NCBI GenBank assembly: GCA_041498815.1 | Contig: JBGQJC010000005.1 | Coordinates: 2,629-66,628 of the forward strand | From: Alphaproteobacteria bacterium | Lineage (GTDB): Bacteria > Pseudomonadota > Alphaproteobacteria > DATDPM01 | Direction of reading: 5' to 3' | DNA length: 64,000 nt | Shown here: positions 37,980 through 46,974 of the stretch, in pieces | Layout of the letters: every line of letters starts with the position of its first letter | Position numbering within the stretch: position 1 is the first letter of the stretch | Made by a program: the position numbers and the translations under genes | The notes under the pieces: model-generated | Seen by the model: only the letters and a program-made list of their open reading frames with translations | What the model was told of the DNA's origin: nothing | The model's database searches: none

Positions 37980-39218
37980 CTACAAGGGCTCGCCCCGCAT
38001 CAGGCGCGGAAGTTCCCCGACTAGCCCCATGGCATGGCGCATGAAAAAGCGTTTCAACCCGGGGAGCCTGTTGACCGCGGCAAGGCCGAGGTCGCGGACA
38101 AGACGCACCGGAGCGAGATCGTTCGAGAACAGCCGGTTCAATCCATCGGTTGCGGCGATGAGCGCGAAAGAATCGAACCGCCGCCAGCGCTCGTACCGCG
38201 CGAGAACATCCGCGTCCCCGATATCGCGCCCCGCGCGCTTGGCGTCGGCCAAGACCTCCGCCAGTGCCGCCACATCGCGCAAGCCCAGGTTCAGGCCCTG
38301 GCCGGCGATGGGGTGGATGGCGTGGGCGGCATCGCCCGCCAGCACCAGCCGCTCGGCGACGTATTTATCGGCATGGACGAGGCCCAAGGGGTAAGACCAG
38401 CGCGGGCCCGTGACTTCGAGTTTGCCCAAGAAATCTCCGAACCTTAGCTTCAGCTCGGCCAGAAAAGCTTCGTCGTCGAGCGCCATGAGCCGCGGCGCCT
38501 CATTCGCGCGCTCGGTCCAGACGATCGAGGAGCGGTTTCCTTTGATCGGCAGGATCGCGAAAGGCCCCGCGGGCAGGAACCGCTCGTGGGCGATGCCGCG
38601 GTGCGGGCGCTCGTGGGCGACGGTGCAGACGATCGCGGTCTGGGGATAATTCCAGCGCGCGGCGGCTATTCCCGCCTCGCGCCGGAGCTTCGAGTCGCGC
38701 CCATCCGCCGCGACCACGAGCTTGGCGTCGATGACACTTCCATCCGGCAATTCCGCCGTCACGCCGCTTGCGTTGCGCTCGAGCCGCGCGATTTCGGTCC
38801 CATCCAGGAGTTCGACGCCGGGGCTTTTTGCGGCGTGCTCGTAAAGCACACGGCGCAGATCGCGGTTCTCGACGATATGCCCGAGGGGCCGACCTTGAAG
38901 CGGCGGGGCAAGCTCCCGCGGGTCGTAGTGGAGAAAGAGGGGTGCCCGCCCATCCGATACCCGGATCTCGCGAATCGGCTCTGCCAACGGCTCCAGCGCC
39001 GGCCAGATGCCGATACCCGCCAAGAGAATTGCCGACCCGTGGGCGATCGCGGAAGTCCGGCCGTCGAATTTGGCGTCCAGGTGTTTGGCGAAAGGCTCGC
39101 GGTCGATCACGACCGACGTCAGCTTTGCCTTTGAGAGCGCCACCGCCAGCGTCAGGCCGATGAACCCGCCGCCCGAAATCAGGACATCGGCGGTCTTGGG
39201 CGCAGGTCTGTTGGTCAT
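37980..39218 (-). CDS. UbiH/UbiF/VisC/COQ6-family FAD-dependent ubiquinone-biosynthesis hydroxylase
   Basis: ADVLISGGGFIGLTLA FAD-binding N-terminus and DAAH motif (GDAAHAIHPIAGQGLNLG). Start taken at MTNRP (Met66 of the ORF). Confidence 0.85.
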   Translation of the reverse strand: MTNRPAPKTADVLISGGGFIGLTLAVALSKAKLTSVVIDREPFAKHLDAKFDGRTSAIAHGSAILLAGIGIWPALEPLAEPIREIRVSDGRAPLFLHYDPRELAPPLQGRPLGHIVENRDLRRVLYEHAAKSPGVELLDGTEIARLERNASGVTAELPDGSVIDAKLVVAADGRDSKLRREAGIAAARWNYPQTAIVCTVAHERPHRGIAHERFLPAGPFAILPIKGNRSSIVWTERANEAPRLMALDDEAFLAELKLRFGDFLGKLEVTGPRWSYPLGLVHADKYVAERLVLAGDAAHAIHPIAGQGLNLGLRDVAALAEVLADAKRAGRDIGDADVLARYERWRRFDSFALIAATDGLNRLFSNDLAPVRLVRDLGLAAVNRLPGLKRFFMRHAMGLVGELPRLMRGEPL

Positions 39219-39510
39219 GGGCCGCAGCTTGGCGGGGTCACTCCCTGCTGTCCAGAACGGGGGGCTCTGACCGCGGGAACCCACTGGTTTTGCGGGGCCG
39301 GGCGGGGCTTTGTACAGAAAATGGCGATTGTATAGATGACAAACCCAATGGATTTGCGTGCGCGCGGTGCCACACCCTAGCTTTTCTGCCGTTGGCAGGC
39401 GTGCGCGCCGCACATTCCCGTTGCGCCCAGCGCAATTTGCTGCGAGAAAATATCAGGATGTTAAGAGTTATTTAACCAAACATTAACGATTTATTAATCT
39501 TTATTAAGAA

Positions 39511-39597
39511 TGGTGGGGTCGGCGGGATTCGAACCCGCAATCCGTGGGAGGAAGCCGCATCCAAAGCGGCTGCGTTTACCTATTTCGCCACGACCCC
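39511..39597 (-). tRNA. Class-II (long variable arm, Leu-like body) tRNA, 87 nt, with anticodon loop UUUGGAU (anticodon UGG by standard numbering); identity uncertain
   Basis: Acceptor GGGGUCG/CGACCCC, discriminator A73, 3-bp D-stem with Leu-like D-loop AAAUAGGUAAA, anticodon stem GCCGC/GCGGC, 15-nt variable arm, T-arm GCGGG-UUCGAAU-CCCGC, CCA encoded. Confidence 0.7.
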
Positions 39598-39605
39598 ATA
39601 CGCGA

Positions 39606-39680
39606 TGGCGGACCGGGGGAGATTCGAACTCCCGACCAACGGAGTAACAGTCCGTTGCTCTGCCACTGAGCTACCGGTCC
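39606..39680 (-). tRNA. tRNA-Asn (anticodon GUU)
   Basis: Acceptor GGACCGG, D-arm GCUC-AGUGGCA-GAGC, anticodon loop CUGUUAC, T-loop UUCGAAU, discriminator G, CCA encoded. 75 nt. Confidence 0.85.
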
Positions 39681-39689
39681 AAATCGCGT

Positions 39690-40964
39690 AGCGGGCGTGG
39701 GGCGGCCCTCGGTGTCCAACTTTGGGCCGCCCCCGCCCCGACCAATCCGTCTGCGATGTATCGTCGCAGGCGAACAAAACGAGTCCTAACCCTCCTAAAT
39801 ACTTAACGCAAGGGGGGTTTGTCCAGATGTTGTGGATTTTTACAATGCCGGGCCACAAGTCAATTGGGAAAGACAAGACAAGGCCGACAACGGCCTTTCG
39901 CAGTGGGCCAGTGACGCTTCATCCTCTCAAATTCGAGGAGGCAGTTGCCGGGCTCGTTAAAGTTAAGCCAGACGCGCCATTGGTGCCCGGTAAAGAAGCC
40001 TCTTCCCCTCGGCCCCGCGCACTGCGTTCATCGCCCGCTCGCCGTCCGTAATCTTCCGGCTGTTCCATCGAAATTCAAACTCCCGCAAATAGCGGCTTAA
40101 GTGGCGTTCGCTCACATGATGGAACGTGCCGAAAATGCCGCGCTTCAAGAGCGAGTGGTACGACTCAGCAAAATTGATATGGATGATGCCTCGGACGTAG
40201 GATTTCGAGTGATTGATGACTGAGTGCCACGCGAAACGCTTTTTAAGACCGCGGTACGCTTGGTATTGGTCCGTGATGATATGCGCCGTGTCGTTTACCG
40301 CGAGTTGGATAATCGGCTTCAGGCTGCCAGCCTTCGAATTGGGGATGTGAAACGTGCGGGCTTCACCTTGGCGGTCAACAAGGGTCATAACGACCATCTT
40401 ATGAGCGGTTCCGCGTCCTACCCGCCGCTTGCGCATATTATTGCTGAATTTGCCGCCGATATAAGTTTCATCTACTTCGACAGTGCCGCCGTCTTTCCCG
40501 AGCATTCCGATTAATGGCGGCTGAGACATCGCAAGCCGGACGCGATGGCATAAAAACCATGCGCTTTTGTAAGTAAGACCAAGCTCGCGCTTTAGCTGGT
40601 TCGCGCTCACACCCTTTTTCGAGCTGCACATTTGGAAGATGGCATATAGCCATTTCCCGAGCGGGATGTGTGAGTCCTCGAAGATGGTCCCCACCCGCGC
40701 CGTGAATTGCTTACGGCATTTGCCGCACTTGCGGAGCCCAAGGCGCGTTGTGCTGCCTTCGATGCTGTAAATCTTCTCGGCGCTGTTGCAATGCGGGCAA
40801 ACCGGCCCATTCGGCCAACGTAGGCCCTCTACAAAGGCAATCGCGGCCTTCTCGTCGTTAATGAATTGTGCTATCTCATTGATATTCATGGCCGTATCTC
40901 CTATTACGGCCTCATTGTAGACCCTCCATTGGGTCTGTCAAGTATATAATCGCCCAGAAAATGA
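39690..40964 (-). mobile_element. IS1595-family insertion sequence (boundaries approximate)
   Basis: Single transposase ORF in a lower-GC segment. A direct 8-9-bp match (C)AAATCGCG at 39681-39689 and 40964-40972 may be a target-site duplication. No convincing terminal inverted repeats were found by eye. Confidence 0.4.
39963..40889 (-). CDS. IS1595-family transposase (DDE transposase with N-terminal zinc-ribbon)
   Basis: N-terminal CPHC...CGKC zinc-ribbon, followed by the DDE domain pattern typical of IS1595/ISXO2-like transposases (308 aa). Confidence 0.8.
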   Translation of the reverse strand: MNINEIAQFINDEKAAIAFVEGLRWPNGPVCPHCNSAEKIYSIEGSTTRLGLRKCGKCRKQFTARVGTIFEDSHIPLGKWLYAIFQMCSSKKGVSANQLKRELGLTYKSAWFLCHRVRLAMSQPPLIGMLGKDGGTVEVDETYIGGKFSNNMRKRRVGRGTAHKMVVMTLVDRQGEARTFHIPNSKAGSLKPIIQLAVNDTAHIITDQYQAYRGLKKRFAWHSVINHSKSYVRGIIHINFAESYHSLLKRGIFGTFHHVSERHLSRYLREFEFRWNSRKITDGERAMNAVRGAEGKRLLYRAPMARLA

Positions 40965-41072
40965 TCAAATCGCGAAATTTGCTCAACGATTGGGCAGGAT
41001 TCCTGACCGAAATCGCGGTAGGGACGGCTGCTTGCGGGCCAAGCCGTTGAATCTTAACGATTGATTAAGAAC

Positions 41073-41088
41073 GGCACGGTTCTTGAAA
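41073..41088 (+). promoter_or_regulatory. Putative sigma54 (-24/-12) promoter upstream of glnK
   Basis: cGGCACGgttcTTGAa versus consensus TGGCACG-N4-TTGCW, ~80 bp upstream of the glnK ATG. The -12 GC is degenerate (GA). Confidence 0.35.
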
Positions 41089-41170
41089 TCAAGTTCCCGG
41101 TTCCGCATGCCTCCGGCCTTAGGGCCTCGGGCGAGGGGCCGGAAACGGTGCAACCGGAAGGAAGCGGCGG

Positions 41171-41509
41171 ATGAAGCTCGTCATGGCGATCGTGAAGCCT
41201 CACAAGCTCAACGAAGTGCGTGAGGCGCTGACACTTATGGGGGTTCAGGGGATGACCGTATCCGAGGTCAAAGGCTTCGGGCGGCAGAAGGGACATACCG
41301 AGATCTATCGCGGTGCCGAATACGAAGTCCTGTTCGTGCCCAAGGTGAAAATCGAGGCGGTGGTGGCCGACAACATGGCCGATGCCACCGTCGAGGCGAT
41401 CCAGAAGGCCGGCACCACGGGACGCATCGGCGACGGCAAGATCTTCGTTCTCGATGTCGGCCGCGCGGTCCGCATCAGAACCGGCGAAACGAATGAGAAC
41501 GCTCTTTAG
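41171..41509 (+). CDS. glnK: Nitrogen regulatory protein P-II
   Basis: 112 aa, full-length P-II signature including the T-loop with Tyr51 (RGAEYEV). Immediately followed by amtB. Confidence 0.95.
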   Translation: MKLVMAIVKPHKLNEVREALTLMGVQGMTVSEVKGFGRQKGHTEIYRGAEYEVLFVPKVKIEAVVADNMADATVEAIQKAGTTGRIGDGKIFVLDVGRAVRIRTGETNENAL

Positions 41510-41518
41510 GAGGGATGC

Positions 41519-42874
41519 ATGAAATTCAAATTCCCGTCTGTTGATGTCGGAAGGTGGCTGGGCATTGCCCTTGCCGTACTTCCGGTCCTGTTGCTCGCGG
41601 TGGGGGCGAGCGCGGATGAGGCGGCACCCGCGGCGGAAGCAGCCGCAGCGGCGGCGCCGGCACCGGCACCGACGCTCAATTCCGGCGACACCGCCTGGAT
41701 GTTGGCTTCGACCGCGCTCGTGCTGATGATGACGATTCCGGGCTTGGCGCTGTTTTACGGCGGCATGGTGCGCAAGATGAACGTGCTCACCATCTGCATG
41801 CAGAGCTTCGCCATCACCTGCCTTGTGACCGTCCTGTGGACGATCTACGGCTACAGCCTGGCGTTCCGCCCGGGCGGCGACTACATCGGCGGCCTCGACC
41901 GGCTTCTTCTGGCGGGCATGGAAAAGGACACGCTGTTCCAAACCGTGCCCGAGTCCGTGTTCATGTGTTTCCAGCTCACTTTCGCGATCATCACGCCGGC
42001 CCTTATTACCGGCGCCTTTGCGGATCGCATGAAGTTCTCGGCCATGCTGTGGTTCATCGGGCTGTGGGCGACCTTGGTCTACGACCCGATCGCCCATTGG
42101 GTGTGGGGCGGCGGCTTCCTCCAGCAAGCGGGCGTTCTCGATTTCGCGGGCGGCACCGTCGTCCATATCGACGCGGGTGTGGCGGGCTTGGTCGCCTGTC
42201 TCGTGCTCGGGAAACGGCGCGGATTGGGCCACGATCAGATGGCTCCCCATAATCTGGTCTTGAGCCTGATCGGCGCCTCGCTGCTGTGGGTCGGCTGGTT
42301 CGGGTTCAACGCCGGTTCGGCGGTGGCGGCGAATGGAAGCGCCGGCATGGCGATGGCGGTGACTCAGATCGCGACCGCCACCGCGGCCTTGGCGTGGATG
42401 TTCACGGAATGGCTGCTGCGCGGCAAGCCGAGCGTGCTCGGGATTCTCTCGGGCGCGGTGGCGGGCTTGGTGGCGATCACGCCGGCTTCGGGCTTCGTCG
42501 GCCCGATCGGCGCACTCGTCATCGGCGTTGCGGCGGGCGTGGGCTGCTATTGGGGCGCCATGAGCCTCAAGCCCATGTTGGGTTACGACGACTCGCTCGA
42601 TGCCTTCGGCGTCCATGCGGTCGGCGGCGTCATCGGCGCCTTGTTGACCGGCGTATTCGCGGTCAAGGCGATCGGCGGGACCGCCGGCGTGCTCGAAGGC
42701 AACACCGGGCAGTTCGCGATCCAGGCTTACGGCGTTATTTGCACAATCGTCTACGACGCGGTCGCGACCTTTATCATCCTCAAGGTGATCGACATGCTGA
42801 TCGGACTTCGGGTCAGCGAGGACGAAGAACGCGAGGGCCTCGATCTCGCCCTGCACGGCGAGGTGGTCCAGTAG
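41519..42874 (+). CDS. amtB: Ammonium transporter AmtB
   Basis: Signal peptide plus 11 TM helices, with the conserved Amt twin-His and DFAGG motifs. The 600-aa antisense ORF is discounted. Confidence 0.95.
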   Translation: MKFKFPSVDVGRWLGIALAVLPVLLLAVGASADEAAPAAEAAAAAAPAPAPTLNSGDTAWMLASTALVLMMTIPGLALFYGGMVRKMNVLTICMQSFAITCLVTVLWTIYGYSLAFRPGGDYIGGLDRLLLAGMEKDTLFQTVPESVFMCFQLTFAIITPALITGAFADRMKFSAMLWFIGLWATLVYDPIAHWVWGGGFLQQAGVLDFAGGTVVHIDAGVAGLVACLVLGKRRGLGHDQMAPHNLVLSLIGASLLWVGWFGFNAGSAVAANGSAGMAMAVTQIATATAALAWMFTEWLLRGKPSVLGILSGAVAGLVAITPASGFVGPIGALVIGVAAGVGCYWGAMSLKPMLGYDDSLDAFGVHAVGGVIGALLTGVFAVKAIGGTAGVLEGNTGQFAIQAYGVICTIVYDAVATFIILKVIDMLIGLRVSEDEEREGLDLALHGEVVQ

Positions 42875-42880
42875 ACATCC

Positions 42881-42920
42881 GGCGGGGGTGGGGCTGTCCC
42901 ACCCCCGCCGTCAATTTGGG
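42881..42920 (+). terminator. Putative terminator hairpin after amtB
   Basis: GGCGGGGGTGGG-gctgt-CCCACCCCCGCC perfect 12-bp GC stem 7 bp after the stop. The tail is only weakly U-rich (gtcaatttggg). Confidence 0.45.
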
Positions 42921-43171
42921 TTGGCTCATCTCAAAGGCGGATCGGGAGCGACGGGCCCGTTCCGCCGTTTTTTTTCTGCATTTTCCTCGTCAAAAACCTT
43001 GGCCTGTAGTGCCAATGGCCGGTATAACGCCGGTTACAAATTCCCACGTAGCATTGTGGCAAATGCGCACCAGTCGATATGTCCGAATTGGATAAATAGG
43101 GGATTCACATTTGCCAGATATGGTGATATCTATGTGGTCGTGTACTATCTCTTGTACGAGATGTAGCGATT

Positions 43172-43801
43172 TTGGACACGATGAGTCGCACGTCCACAAG
43201 CATCAAAGAAAAGAGAATCTCTATGCTGAGCGCCGTTAGCACTCAGCGGGTGCGGGGTGACCAAAAGCTCGCGCGCTTGCGAGACATCATCGCCGAAAAC
43301 TCGATAATTCATCGCGAGGTCAAACTCGCATCGGGTGGCGTGAGCGACGTTTACTTCGACATGAAAATGTCGCTTCTGAACCCCGAAGGAGCGAATCTTG
43401 CGGCCGATCTCATCCTCGATATCCTGGGCAACGAGAAGGTGGATGCCGTGGGCGGTCTCGCGCTTGGCGCGTGCCCAATTGTTTCTGCGCTGTGCGTAAA
43501 GGCTTTTGATCAGCAAAAATCTTTGAAGCCATTCTATGTGAGAAAAGAGCCGAAGAAACACGGAACTCAGAAGCTGATCGAAGGCGGACCTTTGGAGAAA
43601 GGATCCCGAGTTGTAATTGTCGACGACGTAACGACAAAGGGAAAATCGGTTCTACTGGCCGTTAAAGCCGTTCGCGATCTTGGCTGCAGCGTGAACAAAG
43701 TCGTCACCGTCCTAGATCGGCTCCAGGGTGCCCGCGAAAACCTCGCCAAAGAGGGGATCGAGCTCGTGGCGCTCTTCACTCGAGATAATTTTTCAGTCTG
43801 A
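43172..43801 (+). CDS. Orotate-phosphoribosyltransferase-like type-I PRTase (low-GC, orphan)
   Basis: PRPP-binding motif VVIVDDVTTKGKS and OPRTase-like upstream motifs (KLASGGVSDVYFDMK). GC ~52% in a ~66% GC genome. Preceded by a ~250-bp AT-rich stretch. The start may be at the internal MLSAV. Confidence 0.6.
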   Translation: MDTMSRTSTSIKEKRISMLSAVSTQRVRGDQKLARLRDIIAENSIIHREVKLASGGVSDVYFDMKMSLLNPEGANLAADLILDILGNEKVDAVGGLALGACPIVSALCVKAFDQQKSLKPFYVRKEPKKHGTQKLIEGGPLEKGSRVVIVDDVTTKGKSVLLAVKAVRDLGCSVNKVVTVLDRLQGARENLAKEGIELVALFTRDNFSV

Positions 43802-43969
43802 CCGGGCCTCTCGGCGCAAAATCAGGACCGGCGAGCCCCAGGGCGCGCCCGGGCCCATAGATTGGGGCGGGGCCGCAGATGGGCCCGGACTCTTGTGCCG
43901 GGCAAAGGCTTCGGCATAGAATTGTTTATGTTTTGTACCGGGGTTATCCCCAAGCGGGCGGATTAGGCC

Positions 43970-46264
43970 GTGGCCCGAACCGTCGTCACCCGCAGGTCAG
44001 AGTCAGGAGCGTTCAAAACGCGCCTTGGCGAGGGTTTGGGTGCGCTTCTGATCGGATTGGCGGCGGCGATCCTGCTGGCGCTTTCGAGCTTCGATCCCGC
44101 GGACCCTTCGTTCAACCGCGCCGCCGCCGGGCCGATCAATAATCTTCTCGGCCGTCCCGGCGCCTACGGGTCCGATCTCCTGCTCCAGTCGGTCGGGCTT
44201 GGCGCCGGCGCGCTGGTCCTGCTCCTCGGCATTTGGGGATGGCGGCTTGTCTTCCATAAAGGCTTCAAGCTGGCGTGGCTGCGTCTGGCGCTTCTTCCGC
44301 TCGTGCTGGTCGCCGCCAGCTTGGCGCTCGACGTCCTGCCGGTGCCCATGGCCTGGCCGTTTCGCTCGGGCCTCGGCGGTGTCGTGGGCTATGTGGGTCT
44401 GGCAAACCTGGCCAAATCCGTGCAGCATTTCGGTTTCGGCCTCGACGCCAAATTGCTGGCGGCGGGCTGTGCCGAGTTGGCCCTGATCCTTTTCATCGCC
44501 GCCAGCGGCATCACGTTTTCCGAATGGCGCGCGCTCGGGCGGAATCTGATTCGGGCGGCGCAGTTTTTGCGCGCTTGCGTGCTGCGGTTCGGCGTTTGGC
44601 TGGCGCGCTGGGAAAAGCGGCGCCACCGGGAGGCGCGCGCGGAATCGGAGCCGAGATTCGATGGAGCACAAAGGGCGCGCAACCGCGATCTCATCGCCCC
44701 GCCGAAAGCGGCGAGGAAAAGGTCGCGCCAGGGCACGCTCGATCTCGTGCAAAGCGACAAGTACCGGCTGCCGCCGCTGGACGAGCTCCAGGAGCCGCCC
44801 CTGTCGGCCCGCGGCGCCGCGGTGGACGAGGGGGCGCTCACCGCCAACGCCCGGCTTTTGGAATCGGTGCTGGCAGACTTCGGCGTAAAGGGCGAGATCG
44901 TGAAGGTGCGCCCCGGTCCGGTGGTGACGCTTTACGAATTGGAACCCGCGCCCGGCACCAAAACCAGCCGTGTGATCTCGCTCGCCGATGACATCGCCCG
45001 CTCCATGAGCGCGGTTTCGGCCCGCGTCGCGGTGGTGCCGGGACGAAACGTGATCGGCATCGAATTGCCGAACGCCACGCGCGAGACGGTCTATTTGCGC
45101 GAGCTGTTGTCGTCCCAGGGCTACGAACGCACGGCGGCCGAATTGGCGCTGGTGCTGGGCAAGGATATCGGCGGCGCGCCGGTGATCGTCGATCTGGCGC
45201 GCATGCCGCATCTGCTCGTGGCCGGCACCACGGGCTCCGGCAAGTCGGTCGCGATCAACGCCATGATCTTGTCGTTGTTGTTCCGGCTGCCGCCCGACCA
45301 ATGCAAACTCATTTTGATCGATCCCAAGATGCTGGAGCTTTCGGTCTACGAGGGCATTCCCCATCTGATCGCGCCGGTCGTGACCGAGCCCGGCAAGGCG
45401 ATCGTGGCGCTCAAATGGATCGTGCGCGAGATGGAAGGGCGCTACCGCTCGATGTCGCAACTGGGCGTGCGCAACATCGCCGGCTACAACGCGCGCCTTG
45501 CCGAAGCCAAGACCAAGGGCGAGGTCCTGACGCGCAAGGTGCAGACCGGCTTCGACCCCGAGACCGGCCAGCCGCTTTACGAGGAGCAGGCGCTCGAGCT
45601 TTCGCCGCTGCCGCTCATCGTCGTCGTCGTCGACGAGATGGCGGATCTGATGCTGGTGGCGGGGAAAGAGATCGAGGCGTCCGTCCAGCGCCTGTCGCAG
45701 ATGGCGCGCGCCGCGGGCATGCATTTGATCATGGCGACGCAGCGCCCCTCGGTGGACGTCATCACCGGCACCATCAAAGCCAATTTCCCCACCCGCATCA
45801 GCTTCCAGGTGACATCGCGCATCGACAGCCGCACGATCCTCGGCGACCAGGGGGCGGAACAGCTGCTCGGCCAGGGAGACATGCTCTATATGGCGGCGGG
45901 CGGGCGCATCACCCGCGTGCATGGGCCGCTGGTTTCCGACGACGAAGTCGAATCCGTCGTCGCCTTCCTGAAAAAGCAGGGCGAGCCCGTCTATATCGAG
46001 GCGATCACCGAGGACGACGGCCAGCTGTTTGGCGAAGACGGGCTTCTGGCCGAGGGCGGCGACGACCTCTACCGGCAGGCGGTGGCCCTGGTTGCGCGCG
46101 AAGGCAAGGCCTCGACCAGTTTCATCCAGCGCCACCTGCAGATCGGCTATAACCGCGCCGCGCGCCTGATCGAGCGGATGGAGCAGGACGGCGTGGTGAC
46201 CCGGGCGGATCGCGTCGGGCGCCGCGAGGTCTTGATCCGGGACATGGGCGATCTGGTCAGCTAG
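43970..46264 (+). CDS. ftsK: DNA translocase FtsK
   Basis: N-terminal TM helices, Pro-rich linker, motor domain with Walker A (GTTGSGKS) and C-terminal winged-helix gamma domain. Confidence 0.95.
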   Translation: MARTVVTRRSESGAFKTRLGEGLGALLIGLAAAILLALSSFDPADPSFNRAAAGPINNLLGRPGAYGSDLLLQSVGLGAGALVLLLGIWGWRLVFHKGFKLAWLRLALLPLVLVAASLALDVLPVPMAWPFRSGLGGVVGYVGLANLAKSVQHFGFGLDAKLLAAGCAELALILFIAASGITFSEWRALGRNLIRAAQFLRACVLRFGVWLARWEKRRHREARAESEPRFDGAQRARNRDLIAPPKAARKRSRQGTLDLVQSDKYRLPPLDELQEPPLSARGAAVDEGALTANARLLESVLADFGVKGEIVKVRPGPVVTLYELEPAPGTKTSRVISLADDIARSMSAVSARVAVVPGRNVIGIELPNATRETVYLRELLSSQGYERTAAELALVLGKDIGGAPVIVDLARMPHLLVAGTTGSGKSVAINAMILSLLFRLPPDQCKLILIDPKMLELSVYEGIPHLIAPVVTEPGKAIVALKWIVREMEGRYRSMSQLGVRNIAGYNARLAEAKTKGEVLTRKVQTGFDPETGQPLYEEQALELSPLPLIVVVVDEMADLMLVAGKEIEASVQRLSQMARAAGMHLIMATQRPSVDVITGTIKANFPTRISFQVTSRIDSRTILGDQGAEQLLGQGDMLYMAAGGRITRVHGPLVSDDEVESVVAFLKKQGEPVYIEAITEDDGQLFGEDGLLAEGGDDLYRQAVALVAREGKASTSFIQRHLQIGYNRAARLIERMEQDGVVTRADRVGRREVLIRDMGDLVS

Positions 46265-46329
46265 GCCCGCCCTTTAATCTCTACCTTCGGACCCCTACAT
46301 CTAGGCGTCGGATAAACGCGGAGACAATT

Positions 46330-46968
46330 ATGGGATTTTTCCGGGCTCAATGGTTGGCGGCGGCGGTTCTGCTGGCGGTGTCGCCGCTGGCGGCCGCGCC
46401 CGCCGATACCACGGGCGCCGACGCCAAGGCCCAGGACTTGGCGCGCATCGAAAAATACATGAACGACCTGCACACCATGTCCGCCAAATTCCTTCAGTCC
46501 ACCAGCGACGGCAGCACCGCCCAAGGCAAGCTTTATATCCAGCGCCCGGGACTCATTCGCGTCGAATACGATCCGCCGACGCCCGTCTTGATCGTTTCCG
46601 ACGGGACCCAGGTGCATTATTACGATTCCCAGCTCGGCCAAGTGAGCACCGTGAGCCTCTCCGATACGCCGGCCGCGGTGCTGGTGCGCAACTCCTACAA
46701 GCTCGGCACCGATGTCAATGTGGTGAATTACGACCGCGGCCCGAACGTGATCCGGCTGACATTGCAGGATGCCAAGAATTCCGACGCCGGCCAGCTGAGC
46801 CTTACCTTCCAGGACAATCCGTTGTCCCTCCAGCAATGGAAGATCAAGGACCCGCAAGGGACGGAAACCACGGTGGCGCTGTTCGATCCGCACCGCGACA
46901 TCCAGCTTAATCCCAAGCTCTTCGAGTTCATCGATCCCGCCAAGGGCCAAGTCCCGTTCGGCAACTGA
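46330..46968 (+). CDS. lolA: Outer-membrane lipoprotein carrier protein LolA
   Basis: Signal peptide plus LolA fold pattern. Conserved ftsK-lolA order. Confidence 0.85.
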   Translation: MGFFRAQWLAAAVLLAVSPLAAAPADTTGADAKAQDLARIEKYMNDLHTMSAKFLQSTSDGSTAQGKLYIQRPGLIRVEYDPPTPVLIVSDGTQVHYYDSQLGQVSTVSLSDTPAAVLVRNSYKLGTDVNVVNYDRGPNVIRLTLQDAKNSDAGQLSLTFQDNPLSLQQWKIKDPQGTETTVALFDPHRDIQLNPKLFEFIDPAKGQVPFGN

Positions 46969-46974
46969 CGGCGG

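Noticed and set aside
41054-42856. 600-aa minus-strand ORF antisense to glnK-amtB
   Set aside because: Arg/His/Asp-rich nonsense translation opposite two unambiguous conserved genes. Typical GC-rich antisense open frame.
44003-46135. 710-aa minus-strand ORF antisense to ftsK
   Set aside because: Overlaps the full FtsK motor domain on the opposite strand. Low-complexity Arg/Gly/Asp-rich translation.
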